A stretch of DNA of 59,653 nt from an uncultured delta proteobacterium (GTDB taxonomy: Bacteria > Myxococcota_A > Polyangia > Fen-1088), in NCBI GenBank assembly GCA_963737265.1, contig CAVTRY010000025.1:1-59653 (forward strand), given 5' to 3'. Position 1 is the first letter of the stretch; each line of letters begins with the position of its first letter. Shown in pieces: positions 1 to 9,518 of the stretch. The notes beneath the pieces were generated by a model, which searched no databases, had not been told where the DNA came from, and saw only the letters and a list, made by a program, of their open reading frames with translations. Both the position numbers and the translations under genes were made by a program.

Positions 1-234
1 GAAGTGCGTGTCGGTGCTGACCGAATAGACCTCGACTCCCATGCCCTTGAGCTTGTCGTACTTATCGGCCATGTCGCCGAGCTCGGTGGGACACACGAAG
101 GTGAAGTCGGCCGGGTAGAAGAAGAACACCGACCACTTGCCCTTGAGGTCGGCGTTACTGATGGTCTCGAACTTGCCATCGTGGAAGGCCTGAACTTTGA
201 ATTCGGGAATCTGCGAGTTGATGATGCTGGCCAT
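1..234 (-). CDS. ahpC: Alkyl hydroperoxide reductase C (2-Cys peroxiredoxin), 5' part, runs off window
   Basis: Not in ORF track. Manual translation MASIINSQIPEFKVQAFHDGKF...FFFYPADFTFVCPTELGDMAD..VYSVSTDTHF contains the FTFVCPTE peroxidatic motif; AAGGAG RBS upstream. Confidence 0.97.
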   Translation of the reverse strand, partial: MASIINSQIPEFKVQAFHDGKFETISNADLKGKWSVFFFYPADFTFVCPTELGDMADKYDKLKGMGVEVYSVSTDTHF

Positions 235-302
235 GACAGTCTCCTTGGATGGGGTGCTTGGTTTGATGAAGTTACTGTAGGCGTGTTGCTGTGGGCAGAG
301 AA

Positions 303-339
303 GTCGTTTGTCTCTATCTCACTGATAGGCGGTGCCAAT
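303..339 (-). promoter_or_regulatory. OxyR binding site upstream of ahpC
   Basis: Minus strand reads ATTG-N7-CTAT-N7-ATAG-N7-CGAC vs consensus ATAG-N7-CTAT-N7-ATAG-N7-CTAT; ends 68 bp before the ahpC ATG. Confidence 0.85.
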
Positions 340-1261
340 CAGACCGGTGGACCATCGCTTGGTAAGCCGCGTGGATGGTCTGGCCCACGTGAGAAAGGGC
401 GATGTTCAGCGCCGAGCTGGGCCGCCAGCACAGGGCCAAGGTTCGGCTGGGCGCTTTGGGCGCGAACTTGCGCACGCGCAGGGTGTGCATGCGGTTTTCC
501 ACCGGCAGGGCTAGGCTGGGCAACAACGTGACGCCGATTCCTCCGGCGGTCATTTGGACCAAGGTGGCCAGACTGGTGGCGCGATAGTCGGCCTCGTCCG
601 CGCCCGAGCGCGCGCAAAACGACAGCACTTGCTTGCGAAAGCAATGTCCGTCGTCGAGCAGCAACACCGGTTCGCCGTCGAGCTGCTCGGCTTTGAGCGG
701 CCGTTGCGACGCCGCCAGCGGGTGTGATGGCGACGAAGCGAACACGAAAGGATCGCTGCCCAGCACCACCTGGCTGAGCTCGCCGATATCGGCCTCCAAC
801 GCCAGGATCGCGCCATCGAGCTCGCCGCGCGACAGACCCTCCACCAGCACCTGGGTCTTGTCTTCACGCCAAAGAAACGTCAGCTTGGGGTAGCGCTCGC
901 GCAAAATTGGCGCTATTTCCGGCAGCAAGTAGGGCGCCACCGTTGGGATGGCACCCAAGCGCAGGCGGCCGGCGAACGGATCGGACAGTCGCCGCGCGGC
1001 CTCGACGAGCTCGTCGGCGCTCAAGCACATCGCCCGCGCGCGTTCGACCAGGGATTGACCGGCGGAGGTGAGCGCCACGGATCGCTGATTTCGTTCGAAG
1101 ACGCGAACCCCAAGCGCTTCTTCAGCCTGGGCCACCTGCGCGGAAAGCGACGGCTGCGACACGTGGCAATCCTGAGCCGCCTTGCGAAAGCTTTTCCGAT
1201 CCGCGATCGCTACGATGTATTGCAATTGGCGCAGGGTTACGGAATGCGGGGCGAGGTTCAC
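314..1261 (-). CDS. oxyR: LysR-family H2O2 sensor OxyR (start GTG 1261 or 1279)
   Basis: TLRQLQY..SFRKAAQDCHVSQPSLSAQ HTH; GHCFRKQVLSFC carries both redox Cys; adjacent to ahpC. Confidence 0.93.
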   Translation of the reverse strand: MNLAPHSVTLRQLQYIVAIADRKSFRKAAQDCHVSQPSLSAQVAQAEEALGVRVFERNQRSVALTSAGQSLVERARAMCLSADELVEAARRLSDPFAGRLRLGAIPTVAPYLLPEIAPILRERYPKLTFLWREDKTQVLVEGLSRGELDGAILALEADIGELSQVVLGSDPFVFASSPSHPLAASQRPLKAEQLDGEPVLLLDDGHCFRKQVLSFCARSGADEADYRATSLATLVQMTAGGIGVTLLPSLALPVENRMHTLRVRKFAPKAPSRTLALCWRPSSALNIALSHVGQTIHAAYQAMVHRSDWHRLSVR

Positions 1262-1354
1262 GGTGACGAACGCTATCACCTTTTGATTCTCCGTGGCCGG
1301 CCGGAGCGGTCGAAGTGTGCTTCGTCGAGGTTTGCGCCACAATACTGTCACAGC

Positions 1355-2275
1355 ATGCCCCCGGATTCCTACGGCCGCTATCTCCTGTCCAAGCGAACGG
1401 TCGACGATCGATCGCTGAATCGCCACGTACTCAAGCGCTTTCGCGCCGAGCTTCGTCCACGCTCGTCGTTGCGCGTGGTCGAGATTGGCGCCGGACTCGG
1501 CACCATGGTGGCCCGCCTGGTGGACTGGCAATTCATCACCCGCGCCGAGTACGCTCTCGTCGATGTCGACGCCCAGCTGCTCGCCGACGCGCGCGCCTGG
1601 CTGCTGTCCTGGGCCGCCATGCGCGGCTTTTCCACAACCCGGCACGCCGACGAGCTTGTCATCCAAGACAAGGCCGCCATCGAGGTGAAGGTGCGTTTCA
1701 TCTGCGCGGAGATTGGCGCGTTTTTGGGTGCCGGGGCCGGGCCTTCCATGCCCGGCCTGCCGCCCGCCGACGTGCTCGTCGCCAATGCCTTCCTCGACCT
1801 GGTGGACGTGCCGACCATGCTACCGCACTTGTTCGATCTCGTCGTCGCGGGCGGCCTCTATTGGTTCTCCATCAACTTCGATGGCGAGACCATTTTTGAG
1901 CCCGAGCACCCCGACGATGGCCAGTTCTTGCGCGTCTACCATCGCAGCATGGACGAACGCGTGCGCTACGGGCGCCGCGCCGGCGAGAGCAAGTGTGGAC
2001 GGCGTCTCTTTGCGCATTTGCACGCGGCGGGCGCGACCATCCTCGCCGCCGGTGCATCGGACTGGGTCGTTCACGGACAGAATGGCGTCTACGGCGACGA
2101 CGAAGGGTACTTTCTGCATCGGATCGTCGACACCGTGGGCGCGGAGCTGCGCCAGCACCCCGAAATCGGCGCCGCTTCGTTGTCCGATTGGCTGACCCTG
2201 CGCCACGCCCAGATCGACCGGGGCGAGCTTGTCTACCTGGCTCACCAGATCGATTTCGTGGGCCGCCGACCGTGA
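1355..2275 (+). CDS. Class I SAM-dependent methyltransferase
   Basis: VVEIGAGLGTM motif I and LVDVD motif II; start moved to ATG 1355. Confidence 0.85.
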   Translation: MPPDSYGRYLLSKRTVDDRSLNRHVLKRFRAELRPRSSLRVVEIGAGLGTMVARLVDWQFITRAEYALVDVDAQLLADARAWLLSWAAMRGFSTTRHADELVIQDKAAIEVKVRFICAEIGAFLGAGAGPSMPGLPPADVLVANAFLDLVDVPTMLPHLFDLVVAGGLYWFSINFDGETIFEPEHPDDGQFLRVYHRSMDERVRYGRRAGESKCGRRLFAHLHAAGATILAAGASDWVVHGQNGVYGDDEGYFLHRIVDTVGAELRQHPEIGAASLSDWLTLRHAQIDRGELVYLAHQIDFVGRRP

Positions 2276-2760
2276 TGAAGATCGTTTTGGCCTGAGTCGA
2301 GCATGAGGATCTCGCCGTGGATCTCGCCGGCCTCGATGGTTAGCCTACCTACCGACACCGGCAGCCGAAACCGCCGCGGCCCCGCGCTTCCCGGATTGAA
2401 GTAGAGCACCTGGCCGCGTTTCTCGCACAGCGGCTTGTGCGAATGCCCGGCCACCACCACGCCGAACCCGCGCGCCGCTGGATCGAGATCGATCTCGGCC
2501 GCGATGTCGGCGATGTTGTGGAGGACGTAGATCGAGACGCCGCCGGCCTCGACAACTGCCGCGGTCGGGATGTCCTCGGCCCACGGACCGCGATCGTTGT
2601 TGCCGCGCACCACGGTGACGGGCGCTACCGCCGCCAACGCGGCCAAGATCTCCGGACCATCGACGTCTCCCGCGTGGATGATGCGCTCGGAGCCGCGCAG
2701 CGCCGCCAGCGCCTCCGGTCGGAGCAGGCCGTGCGTGTCCGAGATGACACCGATGATCAT
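2242..2760 (-). CDS. YfcE/MJ0936-like metallophosphoesterase
   Basis: SDTHG, HAGD, RGNND, GHSH, NPGS motifs. Confidence 0.93.
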   Translation of the reverse strand: MIIGVISDTHGLLRPEALAALRGSERIIHAGDVDGPEILAALAAVAPVTVVRGNNDRGPWAEDIPTAAVVEAGGVSIYVLHNIADIAAEIDLDPAARGFGVVVAGHSHKPLCEKRGQVLYFNPGSAGPRRFRLPVSVGRLTIEAGEIHGEILMLDSGQNDLHHGRRPTKSIW

Positions 2761-2783
2761 GAAGCTTGCCACTCGCCAATGCG

Positions 2784-3272
2784 CTAACCGACGTACGTGA
2801 TGGTCCACTCGCGTGCTTCGTCTTGCACTATCACCTCGACGGTATCGCCCACCCGTCGGCCGAGCACGGCCTTGCCGATGGGCGAGACCGGCGTCACGAC
2901 GGAGAGAAAGCCATCGCCGCCCGGGCCGGTCAATTCAATGCCGGCGCCGACCGGCGCCAGGAAGAACGTGCGTCCTTGCTCGCCGTCCTCGACCTCGACC
3001 ACGGCACCCACGGCAATCGCGCTCTGGGGCGCGAGCTTGGCGGGACGAAAGACTTCGAGAGCGCTGAGCTCGGTGGCCACGCGGGTAGCGCGTGCGGTTT
3101 GGCCCTTGGCCAGGCTGGAAAATTCCAGGGCCACGCGCGCGTCCTCGCGTTTCTCGGCCGGCGTGGCGCCGTCGCGTGCGATCTCCGCCGCCGCCTGACT
3201 GGCCCGCCTGGCCACCGACGCGGATTCACGCAGGCGCCGGGCGAGTTGTTCGACCAAGAATTGCTTGTCCAT
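2784..3272 (-). CDS. GreA/GreB-family elongation factor-like protein
   Basis: N-terminal coiled coil plus C-terminal VTPVSPIGKAVLGRRVGDTVEV motif. Confidence 0.85.
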   Translation of the reverse strand: MDKQFLVEQLARRLRESASVARRASQAAAEIARDGATPAEKREDARVALEFSSLAKGQTARATRVATELSALEVFRPAKLAPQSAIAVGAVVEVEDGEQGRTFFLAPVGAGIELTGPGGDGFLSVVTPVSPIGKAVLGRRVGDTVEVIVQDEAREWTITYVG

Positions 3273-3402
3273 TGGCCAAGGTTAATAGCCTGCGGCCCTG
3301 GGGGCAAAAATTGGCGCTGGTTTGGTCCGGCGCAGCGTCGCTGCAGGATCCGCGCATCGTCCCGCCGTGCAATCTTCGGGTCGAGTGGTAGCCTTGCAAT
3401 TC

Positions 3403-4140
3403 ATGATGTTCATGGCTGGCACGCGGCGCGCGAAGGTCAATTGGTCATCACTGGGTTTCGTGTGCATGGCGCTCGCAATTGGCGCCTGCGGTGGCGACTT
3501 GCCTCCCAGATACTATTACGGAGGACCTGGCGGTGCACAGCCAGGCGAACACGATGGTGGAATGTGTGTTGGACGCGGTCGCTATTCCTGTGGCTGCGCC
3601 GACGAGCCCTACGTGCTCGCGGTTTCCCTGGCGCTTGCTAACAGTGCCGGGCCTTCCGCTGGGCTTTCCGACCTCGACGTCGACTTCTTTCGTCAGGCCG
3701 GCACCGCAGCGACGCCGTCCGCGAACGCGCCCGCCAAGGGCACGCCCGGTGCCGATGGCTATTTCGTTGCCTCGGTCCTCGACGACGCAGGCGGCGTGCT
3801 GACGACCTTGGTGTTCAAAGATCCCCGACTCGCGCTCGGCGACGCTGGGTACCCGTCGTATGCGAGAGCCCGCTTGGTCGTGCCGTTGCCGTCCGGGGCA
3901 GACTCGCTGCGCATCGAGAACTGGGGCACCGGACAGGTCCTCATCGATTTGGACCTGCGCGGCCGGCTTCAGCTGTTGTGTATCGATCGGCCGTGCCTCT
4001 CTGTCTGTCAAAGTCCGGCTGTGGACGCCACCGTGGCCCCGGCCGTTGATGCGGGCGCCGCCGACATCCCTGGCGCGGCCGATAGTGAAGCCGTCGACGC
4101 TGTTAGCGGGACGTCGCTCGATGCCGGTGCGTCCGATTGA
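3403..4140 (+). CDS. Hypothetical lipoprotein
   Basis: Lipobox-like AIGAC, acidic D/A-rich tail; start uncertain. Confidence 0.6.
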   Translation: MMFMAGTRRAKVNWSSLGFVCMALAIGACGGDLPPRYYYGGPGGAQPGEHDGGMCVGRGRYSCGCADEPYVLAVSLALANSAGPSAGLSDLDVDFFRQAGTAATPSANAPAKGTPGADGYFVASVLDDAGGVLTTLVFKDPRLALGDAGYPSYARARLVVPLPSGADSLRIENWGTGQVLIDLDLRGRLQLLCIDRPCLSVCQSPAVDATVAPAVDAGAADIPGAADSEAVDAVSGTSLDAGASD

Positions 4141-4170
4141 ACGGCGACGCCGGAGAATTCGGCTTGCCTA

Positions 4171-4674
4171 GTGACACTGCATTCCAGCGCGAAAGCACAG
4201 TGGTGGGAAGGCGCCCGCGGTGGGTGGTACGTCGTGGTCCAGATTTTCCTGTTCGCCCTGGTCGCGTTCGGCCCGCGCACCGTGGCCTGGGTGCCGGCGT
4301 GGACTGGTCGGCTGGTTGGGGCGGCAATGGTGACGGGCATTGCGCTCATGATTGCGGGAGGCGGACTGCTTCTCGCTGCCTTGGCAAGGCTGGGCAAGAA
4401 CCTCACGCCATTGCCCTACCCGAAGGATGACGGACACCTGGTCCAGACGGGCGTCTATGGGTTCGTTCGCCACCCCATCTACTGCGGTGCCAGCGCGCTG
4501 GCCCTTGGCTGGGCCCTCTGCGTGCGTGGTCCGCTGACCCTTGGATACGCGGTTCTGTTATTCCTATTTTTCGACGTGAAGTCGCGCCGGGAAGAGCGAT
4601 GGCTTTTCGCTAAGTTCCCCGCCTACGCCGACTATCGCAAGAGGGTTCGCAAGCTGGTCCCGTTCCTGTACTAG
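4171..4674 (+). CDS. Isoprenylcysteine carboxyl methyltransferase / PEMT-family membrane protein
   Basis: LVQTGVYGFVRHPIY and EERWL..FPAYADY motifs, TM helices. Confidence 0.92.
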   Translation: MTLHSSAKAQWWEGARGGWYVVVQIFLFALVAFGPRTVAWVPAWTGRLVGAAMVTGIALMIAGGGLLLAALARLGKNLTPLPYPKDDGHLVQTGVYGFVRHPIYCGASALALGWALCVRGPLTLGYAVLLFLFFDVKSRREERWLFAKFPAYADYRKRVRKLVPFLY

Positions 4675-4711
4675 GCGGCTGTCAGTAGAGAGCAACGGAA
4701 GCGATGAGGAG

Positions 4712-5488
4712 TCAGCGATGTCCGCCGCCGCGATGGCCACCGCCAGAACCGCTGCCGTGAGCTGCCCCACCGCCGCCCCCGTGATAGCCACCGCTCACGC
4801 TGCCGCCGCCGACGCTACCGCCGCGGAAACCGCCGGCCGCACCGTAGTTGGCCGCGCCGCGATTGGCGCCACCAAAGCTATTTCCACCACGAACGCCGCC
4901 ACCGTAGCCGTACCCGCCGCGGTAGCCGCCGCCGCCGCGGTACCCGCCCCAACCATAACCGGCCCGGTAAAGGCCGCGATACCAGCCAAAGCCGACAGCG
5001 CCGCGAACGCCAAAATAGGGATAGGCGCCCCAGCCCCAAACCCACGGTGCCGCCAGCCACGTCCAGCCGTAGCTCGGGTAGTAGACGTAGGAATAGGGAG
5101 AGGCGTCGTTGGCTGTGCCTTCGTAGGTGTACTGGTCGCCGTAGGGCATCCAGACCCAGCCATATTCGCCCGTGTACACCCACTGGCCGCTGACGCCTGC
5201 CTGCGCTGCCTGCGCCTGCTGCGCCGGAGGCTGCGCCTGGGCTTGGGCTTGAGTTTGCACCGGCGGCGGTGGCGGCTGCTCAGGCGGTATGGGTGGTTGA
5301 ATATCCGGCGGCGCCGTGGGCGGCTGAACGGCCTCGGGTTGCGCCTGAGGCTGCGCTGGCGTTTGGTAGTCGGCCTGCGCTTCCTGCATCTGGCCGGTCG
5401 AGTCCGCCACGAGGCTCGGATCCTGGGCCCAAGCCACGCCCGTCCCCGAAAACAGCAATATGACAGACGCAATCAGCTTGGTCTTCAT
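4712..5488 (-). CDS. Secreted protein: Pro/Gln linker, W/Y-rich domain, Gly/RGG-rich tail
   Basis: Signal peptide MKTKLIASVILLFSGTGVAWA; GAGG RBS. Confidence 0.75.
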   Translation of the reverse strand: MKTKLIASVILLFSGTGVAWAQDPSLVADSTGQMQEAQADYQTPAQPQAQPEAVQPPTAPPDIQPPIPPEQPPPPPVQTQAQAQAQPPAQQAQAAQAGVSGQWVYTGEYGWVWMPYGDQYTYEGTANDASPYSYVYYPSYGWTWLAAPWVWGWGAYPYFGVRGAVGFGWYRGLYRAGYGWGGYRGGGGYRGGYGYGGGVRGGNSFGGANRGAANYGAAGGFRGGSVGGGSVSGGYHGGGGGAAHGSGSGGGHRGGGHR

Positions 5489-5554
5489 GGCACCACCTCA
5501 TTATTAGACGCCTGTTTCCTGCAAAGTATTCTACGATATTTCCGGCAACAAACG

Positions 5555-6736
5555 ATGGAAGCACCTTGGTTCATGCCTGGAGGATCGATTTCCGCACTGA
5601 TTCGCGGCCTGCGCTGGCAGGACGCCGCCGACGTGCTGTTGCTGACCGTCATCTTCTCGTGGGCTTACACCTGGATGCGGCGAACGATCGCGGTGCAGGT
5701 GGCTTTCGGGATGACGACGCTGGTCGTGGCTTCGTGGCTTTCGAACCATTTTGGCCTGATTCTGACCTCCTATCTGCTCTCGGCCGTCAGCGCCGTTGCG
5801 ACGGTCGTGATCGTGGTCATCTTTCAGCGCGAGATCCGGCGCGGACTAAGTCGCGTCAGCCCGCTGCGCTGGATGAGCGAGCGCCACCGTAGAAAATTGT
5901 CCGCCGGGCCGACAGCCATCGTCGCGGAGACCGTCTTCACGTTGGCCGACCACCGCAAAGGGGCTCTCATCGTGATTCCGCGCCGCGACTGGGTGGGCGA
6001 GTTCGCCAGCGGCGGCACTCCGGTCGACGCGCGCCTGTCGCCGGCCCTGCTCGAGGCGGTCTTCACCTCGACGTCGCCACTTCATGACGGCGCCGTGCTC
6101 ATCAGCAACGATAGCTTGCTGAGTGCCGGTGTGGTGTTGCCGCTTGCTGCCGAAACGGGCGACCCGCGCCACGGCACCCGGCATCGCGCGGCGCTGGGCC
6201 TGGCCACCGTTTGTGATGCGCTGGTGGTCTGTGCCAGCGAGGAAACCGGCGCGGTCACGCTGGCCCATGACGGCGCTTTGGTGATCGTGCAATCCGCGCG
6301 GGAGCTTGGCGTCGCCATCGAGCGCCTGTGCGCGGGCAAGCCCATGACGACGCGTCCGAACGAGCATCCGCGTCGTGTGCGCGACGCAGTCGCGTACCTC
6401 ACGATTTTCGTCGGTGTCGTCGCCGCTTGGTCGGCCATGTCGCTCGATCGTTCGCACGTCGTCGTCCGCATCGTGCCGCTGGAAATTCGCGGCGTCAGCG
6501 AAACGATTCGCTTCGATCCGCCTCGCAACACCAGCATCGCCGTCGAGCTGCGCAGCTCGCAGAACGCGCTCGACCTGCTGGCCCCCGACGCCGTCGACGC
6601 CTACGTCAACGTGTCAGGCAGTACGGCTGGATTGCATACCTTCCGGGTCCTCGGCAACGCGCCCGCCGGCGTGGAGGTGGTCAGTACCGTGCCGAGCACC
6701 ATTTCACTCCAGATCCGATCGGCGGACCGCAAATAG
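5555..6736 (+). CDS. cdaA: Diadenylate cyclase CdaA (DisA_N) fused to a TM helix and a YbbR-like domain
   Basis: 3 N-terminal TM helices, FQREIRRGL, catalytic LHDGAV and GTRHRAA motifs; C-terminal beta-rich YbbR-like segment. Start 5555 or 5573. Confidence 0.88.
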   Translation: MEAPWFMPGGSISALIRGLRWQDAADVLLLTVIFSWAYTWMRRTIAVQVAFGMTTLVVASWLSNHFGLILTSYLLSAVSAVATVVIVVIFQREIRRGLSRVSPLRWMSERHRRKLSAGPTAIVAETVFTLADHRKGALIVIPRRDWVGEFASGGTPVDARLSPALLEAVFTSTSPLHDGAVLISNDSLLSAGVVLPLAAETGDPRHGTRHRAALGLATVCDALVVCASEETGAVTLAHDGALVIVQSARELGVAIERLCAGKPMTTRPNEHPRRVRDAVAYLTIFVGVVAAWSAMSLDRSHVVVRIVPLEIRGVSETIRFDPPRNTSIAVELRSSQNALDLLAPDAVDAYVNVSGSTAGLHTFRVLGNAPAGVEVVSTVPSTISLQIRSADRK

Positions 6737-6969
6737 GATTTTCGTTCTAGAAGTGCGCGGTCAGCTGAACGTAGAACGACTGCGCGTGTTACCTTGGTGT
6801 TGCATAACTTCGCGCGCCGCCAGATTGGTCCGCGCGCCAGGTTCACCATCGTACGATCGTCGATGGAGGGAAAACGAAATGCCGCATCCCCGCTGGAGCA
6901 ACGACCGCGTGTCTCGGCGGTCAAGGAATGCGGCATTCTGCCGTGCAAACGATGGGTGTTTCGCTCCCC

Positions 6970-9285
6970 TCAAAGGGTTAGCATGTTCTCAATCGTGCCG
7001 GCGATGGTGTCGAATGAACCACCCGCCTGGATGCGCTGTCCGGCAAGCCAGTTGTCCTCGACGAACTTGAGGACCGAGCTCTGGTCGGTGAGCGTGTGGT
7101 CGATGTAGTTGTGCTTTGCGTACGGCGAGATCACCAACAGCGGCAGTCGGGCCCCGTAGCCGCAGCGTCCGAGCGCCGGCTTGCCGTCGGCACCGAGGAG
7201 CGGCGTCGCGGGCGCCGGTCCGGTCTGCTGCAGACCTTTGTTGCACAGGCCGGGTCCGTTCAGTGCATCGGCCACACCGTCCGACGGGTTCACGATGGGA
7301 GGAGCCTGGTGGTCGTACCAGCCGTCCGAGTCGTCGTAGGCCAGCACAAGGGCGGTCGAACTCCACTCCTGGCTCGCCTGAAGCGCGGACACCACTTGGA
7401 CAATGAAGTTCTGTTCGTCGATGGGGTTGGAGTATCCAGCGTGTCCGTCCTGGAAGGCCGGCGCCTTGAGGAATACCACCGCCGGCAAGTTGCCCGCGGC
7501 CAGCGCATCGAAGAAGTCGTGGCTGTCGTATTGGTGGTTGGCCGGCTCGGGCGTTTCGCTGTCAGTCTGGACGCTTTTGCCAATGGCGGAGATCGAGCTT
7601 GGCCGCGCGTGGGTCAGGTTGGCGGTCGAGGCGTAGTACTGGAACGGCTGGTGGTGCGGGATGTAGTCGGTGGAGATTCCCGCCGGGTTGGCCACGGTCT
7701 GCGGCGTGCTGCGGGCGCAGCCGGTGGTGCCGTTGGCATTGGTCAGCGTCAGGTCGAAGCCGCCCTCGAACCAGCCCCAGGTGATGCCCTGGGCGTTGAG
7801 GAAGTCTCCGATGTTCCTTCCGACAAAGCTGTTCTGATCGGCGGCCGTGGAGCACACGTCGCCCAGCGGATCGGTGTCGCCTATCAGCGTCCAGCCTCCG
7901 TTTCCGTCGGGTGTCACGTGGCTAGTCGACAGGGTGGCGGGATCCTTGTTGGTGGCGGCAAAGCCGTTGGTCTGGCCCGCGATCAAGTTGATGGCGCCGG
8001 GCGTGGACGGCCCAAACACCGTGGTCCACGAGTTGTCGTTGAGGACATAGTTCTGCGCCAGGCTCCATAGCTCGCTAACGGTGTTGCCGTCGTAGTAGGC
8101 CATCACCAGGCCCTTGGTCGATGCAACGGGCGGAACCGTGGGAGGGGTGTCGCCAACGCCGGTGAATTCCGGGAACAGATCCATGGCGCCGTTGTCCGAG
8201 GCCTGTTGTTCGGGCTTGTAATTGTGGCCTTGATCGGCTGTTGACGCCAGGGTCGGGCCGAGGCGGAATGGATTGACGGCGTTCGTGCCGTTGGCGGGAT
8301 TGGCGGCGGTGGGGTTGTTGTTGAGCAGGTCGAGCCCGGCCAGCGGGGTAAAGCTGGCGGTCACGTCGAGTGGCGTGGTCAAGCCGTTGGAGATCGGGGT
8401 TCCGGCGGCGCCGACGAACGGCGTTTCGCCAGGCTTATTCTGCGCGCTCGGGTAGGTACCGAAGTAGTGATCGAACGAGATGTTCTCGCCGAAAACCACG
8501 ACCAGGTGTTTGATCTTGGTGGCGGTGGCGAATTCCGCCGCGCTGTCGACGTGGCCGCTGCAGGTTACTTGCACGGTGCCGCTATCGGCGCATGACGCCT
8601 GCGGATCGCCATCGGACACCACGAGCGTAAGTGTGGCAAGCCCGCTCGTAGTGCAAGTGTAAGTCGGGTTGGGGCTGGTGGCATCGCTGAACGAGCCGCT
8701 GGTCGCGGTCCAATGATAGCTGAGCGGGGAGGGTCCATTGTCGGGGTCGACCGCCATGCTCGTAATCGATGTGCTCGAACCGCCCAACACCTCGCCCGGA
8801 TTGGCCGAAATGGCCTGGATGGTGGGGCAGATGTTGAACGCGCCGGTGACGCTGATGCTGCCGGTCTTGCTCGGCTGGTGGCAATCGAGCGTTAGGCTGA
8901 CCGCCGTGGTGCCGTGCTCGGCCACGCTGAAGGTCGCGCTGCCGCTGCACTCGGTGGATCCATCGATCGACGTACCGGTGAGGGTAATCTTGAATCCGGC
9001 TCCCGCGGGCAAGCCACCGATGACGCCCATGAGCTTCGAGCTCGATGAAACGTCGAGGCTGCCGTTCTTTGAAAAGCCATTCAGTCCTGTAATCGCGTAA
9101 GTGAATGTATTGAAGGTCGCGCCGCCCGCCTGAAGATCGATCTTGATCGACCCGAGGTTGCTATTGGTCGCTCCGCTGCCGGAGTCGCGTGGCGCGCAGC
9201 CGCTGATCCAGCCGCCCGACGCTGCGACGCCGATTGCGAGAGTTGTTGTAAGTGCCAAAGTCCCGAGAGCTATCCGTGATCTCAT
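6970..9285 (-). CDS. Phosphoesterase-family phospholipase C / acid phosphatase lipoprotein with N-terminal Ig/PKD-like modules
   Basis: IKHLVVVFGENISFDHYFG, YDDSDGWYDH, GARLPLLVISPYAK motifs; AAGGAG RBS before ATG 9285. Confidence 0.92.
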   Translation of the reverse strand: MRSRIALGTLALTTTLAIGVAASGGWISGCAPRDSGSGATNSNLGSIKIDLQAGGATFNTFTYAITGLNGFSKNGSLDVSSSSKLMGVIGGLPAGAGFKITLTGTSIDGSTECSGSATFSVAEHGTTAVSLTLDCHQPSKTGSISVTGAFNICPTIQAISANPGEVLGGSSTSITSMAVDPDNGPSPLSYHWTATSGSFSDATSPNPTYTCTTSGLATLTLVVSDGDPQASCADSGTVQVTCSGHVDSAAEFATATKIKHLVVVFGENISFDHYFGTYPSAQNKPGETPFVGAAGTPISNGLTTPLDVTASFTPLAGLDLLNNNPTAANPANGTNAVNPFRLGPTLASTADQGHNYKPEQQASDNGAMDLFPEFTGVGDTPPTVPPVASTKGLVMAYYDGNTVSELWSLAQNYVLNDNSWTTVFGPSTPGAINLIAGQTNGFAATNKDPATLSTSHVTPDGNGGWTLIGDTDPLGDVCSTAADQNSFVGRNIGDFLNAQGITWGWFEGGFDLTLTNANGTTGCARSTPQTVANPAGISTDYIPHHQPFQYYASTANLTHARPSSISAIGKSVQTDSETPEPANHQYDSHDFFDALAAGNLPAVVFLKAPAFQDGHAGYSNPIDEQNFIVQVVSALQASQEWSSTALVLAYDDSDGWYDHQAPPIVNPSDGVADALNGPGLCNKGLQQTGPAPATPLLGADGKPALGRCGYGARLPLLVISPYAKHNYIDHTLTDQSSVLKFVEDNWLAGQRIQAGGSFDTIAGTIENMLTL

Positions 9286-9518
9286 GAGCTTTCTCCTTGG
9301 CGAAATCGATGAGGTTTGGTGTTCGAGGTGTAGCCAAACCATGGGTCGGCCTCGGGCCTAGTCGAGTGTCGACCTAGCAACGATTTCGTTACGGAATGTC
9401 ACGCGGGCGAAATTGTCCGCGCGTGCCACGAGCCGCGCAACCGGCGCCGCGCCGACCCATTGCAACTGAGCGGCAGACGCTCCCCTCGTGGTGTAGACCT
9501 TTGCATCAGGAGGCACCC

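Noticed and set aside
4-531. 175-aa plus-strand ORF
   Set aside because: Antisense shadow of ahpC and oxyR.
9388-9419. GTTACGgaaTGTCAC-GC-GGGCGAaatTGTCCG, resembling the island UAS
   Set aside because: Second palindrome is poor and I found no correctly spaced GG-N10-GC promoter on either side (nearest candidate is N11); not counted.
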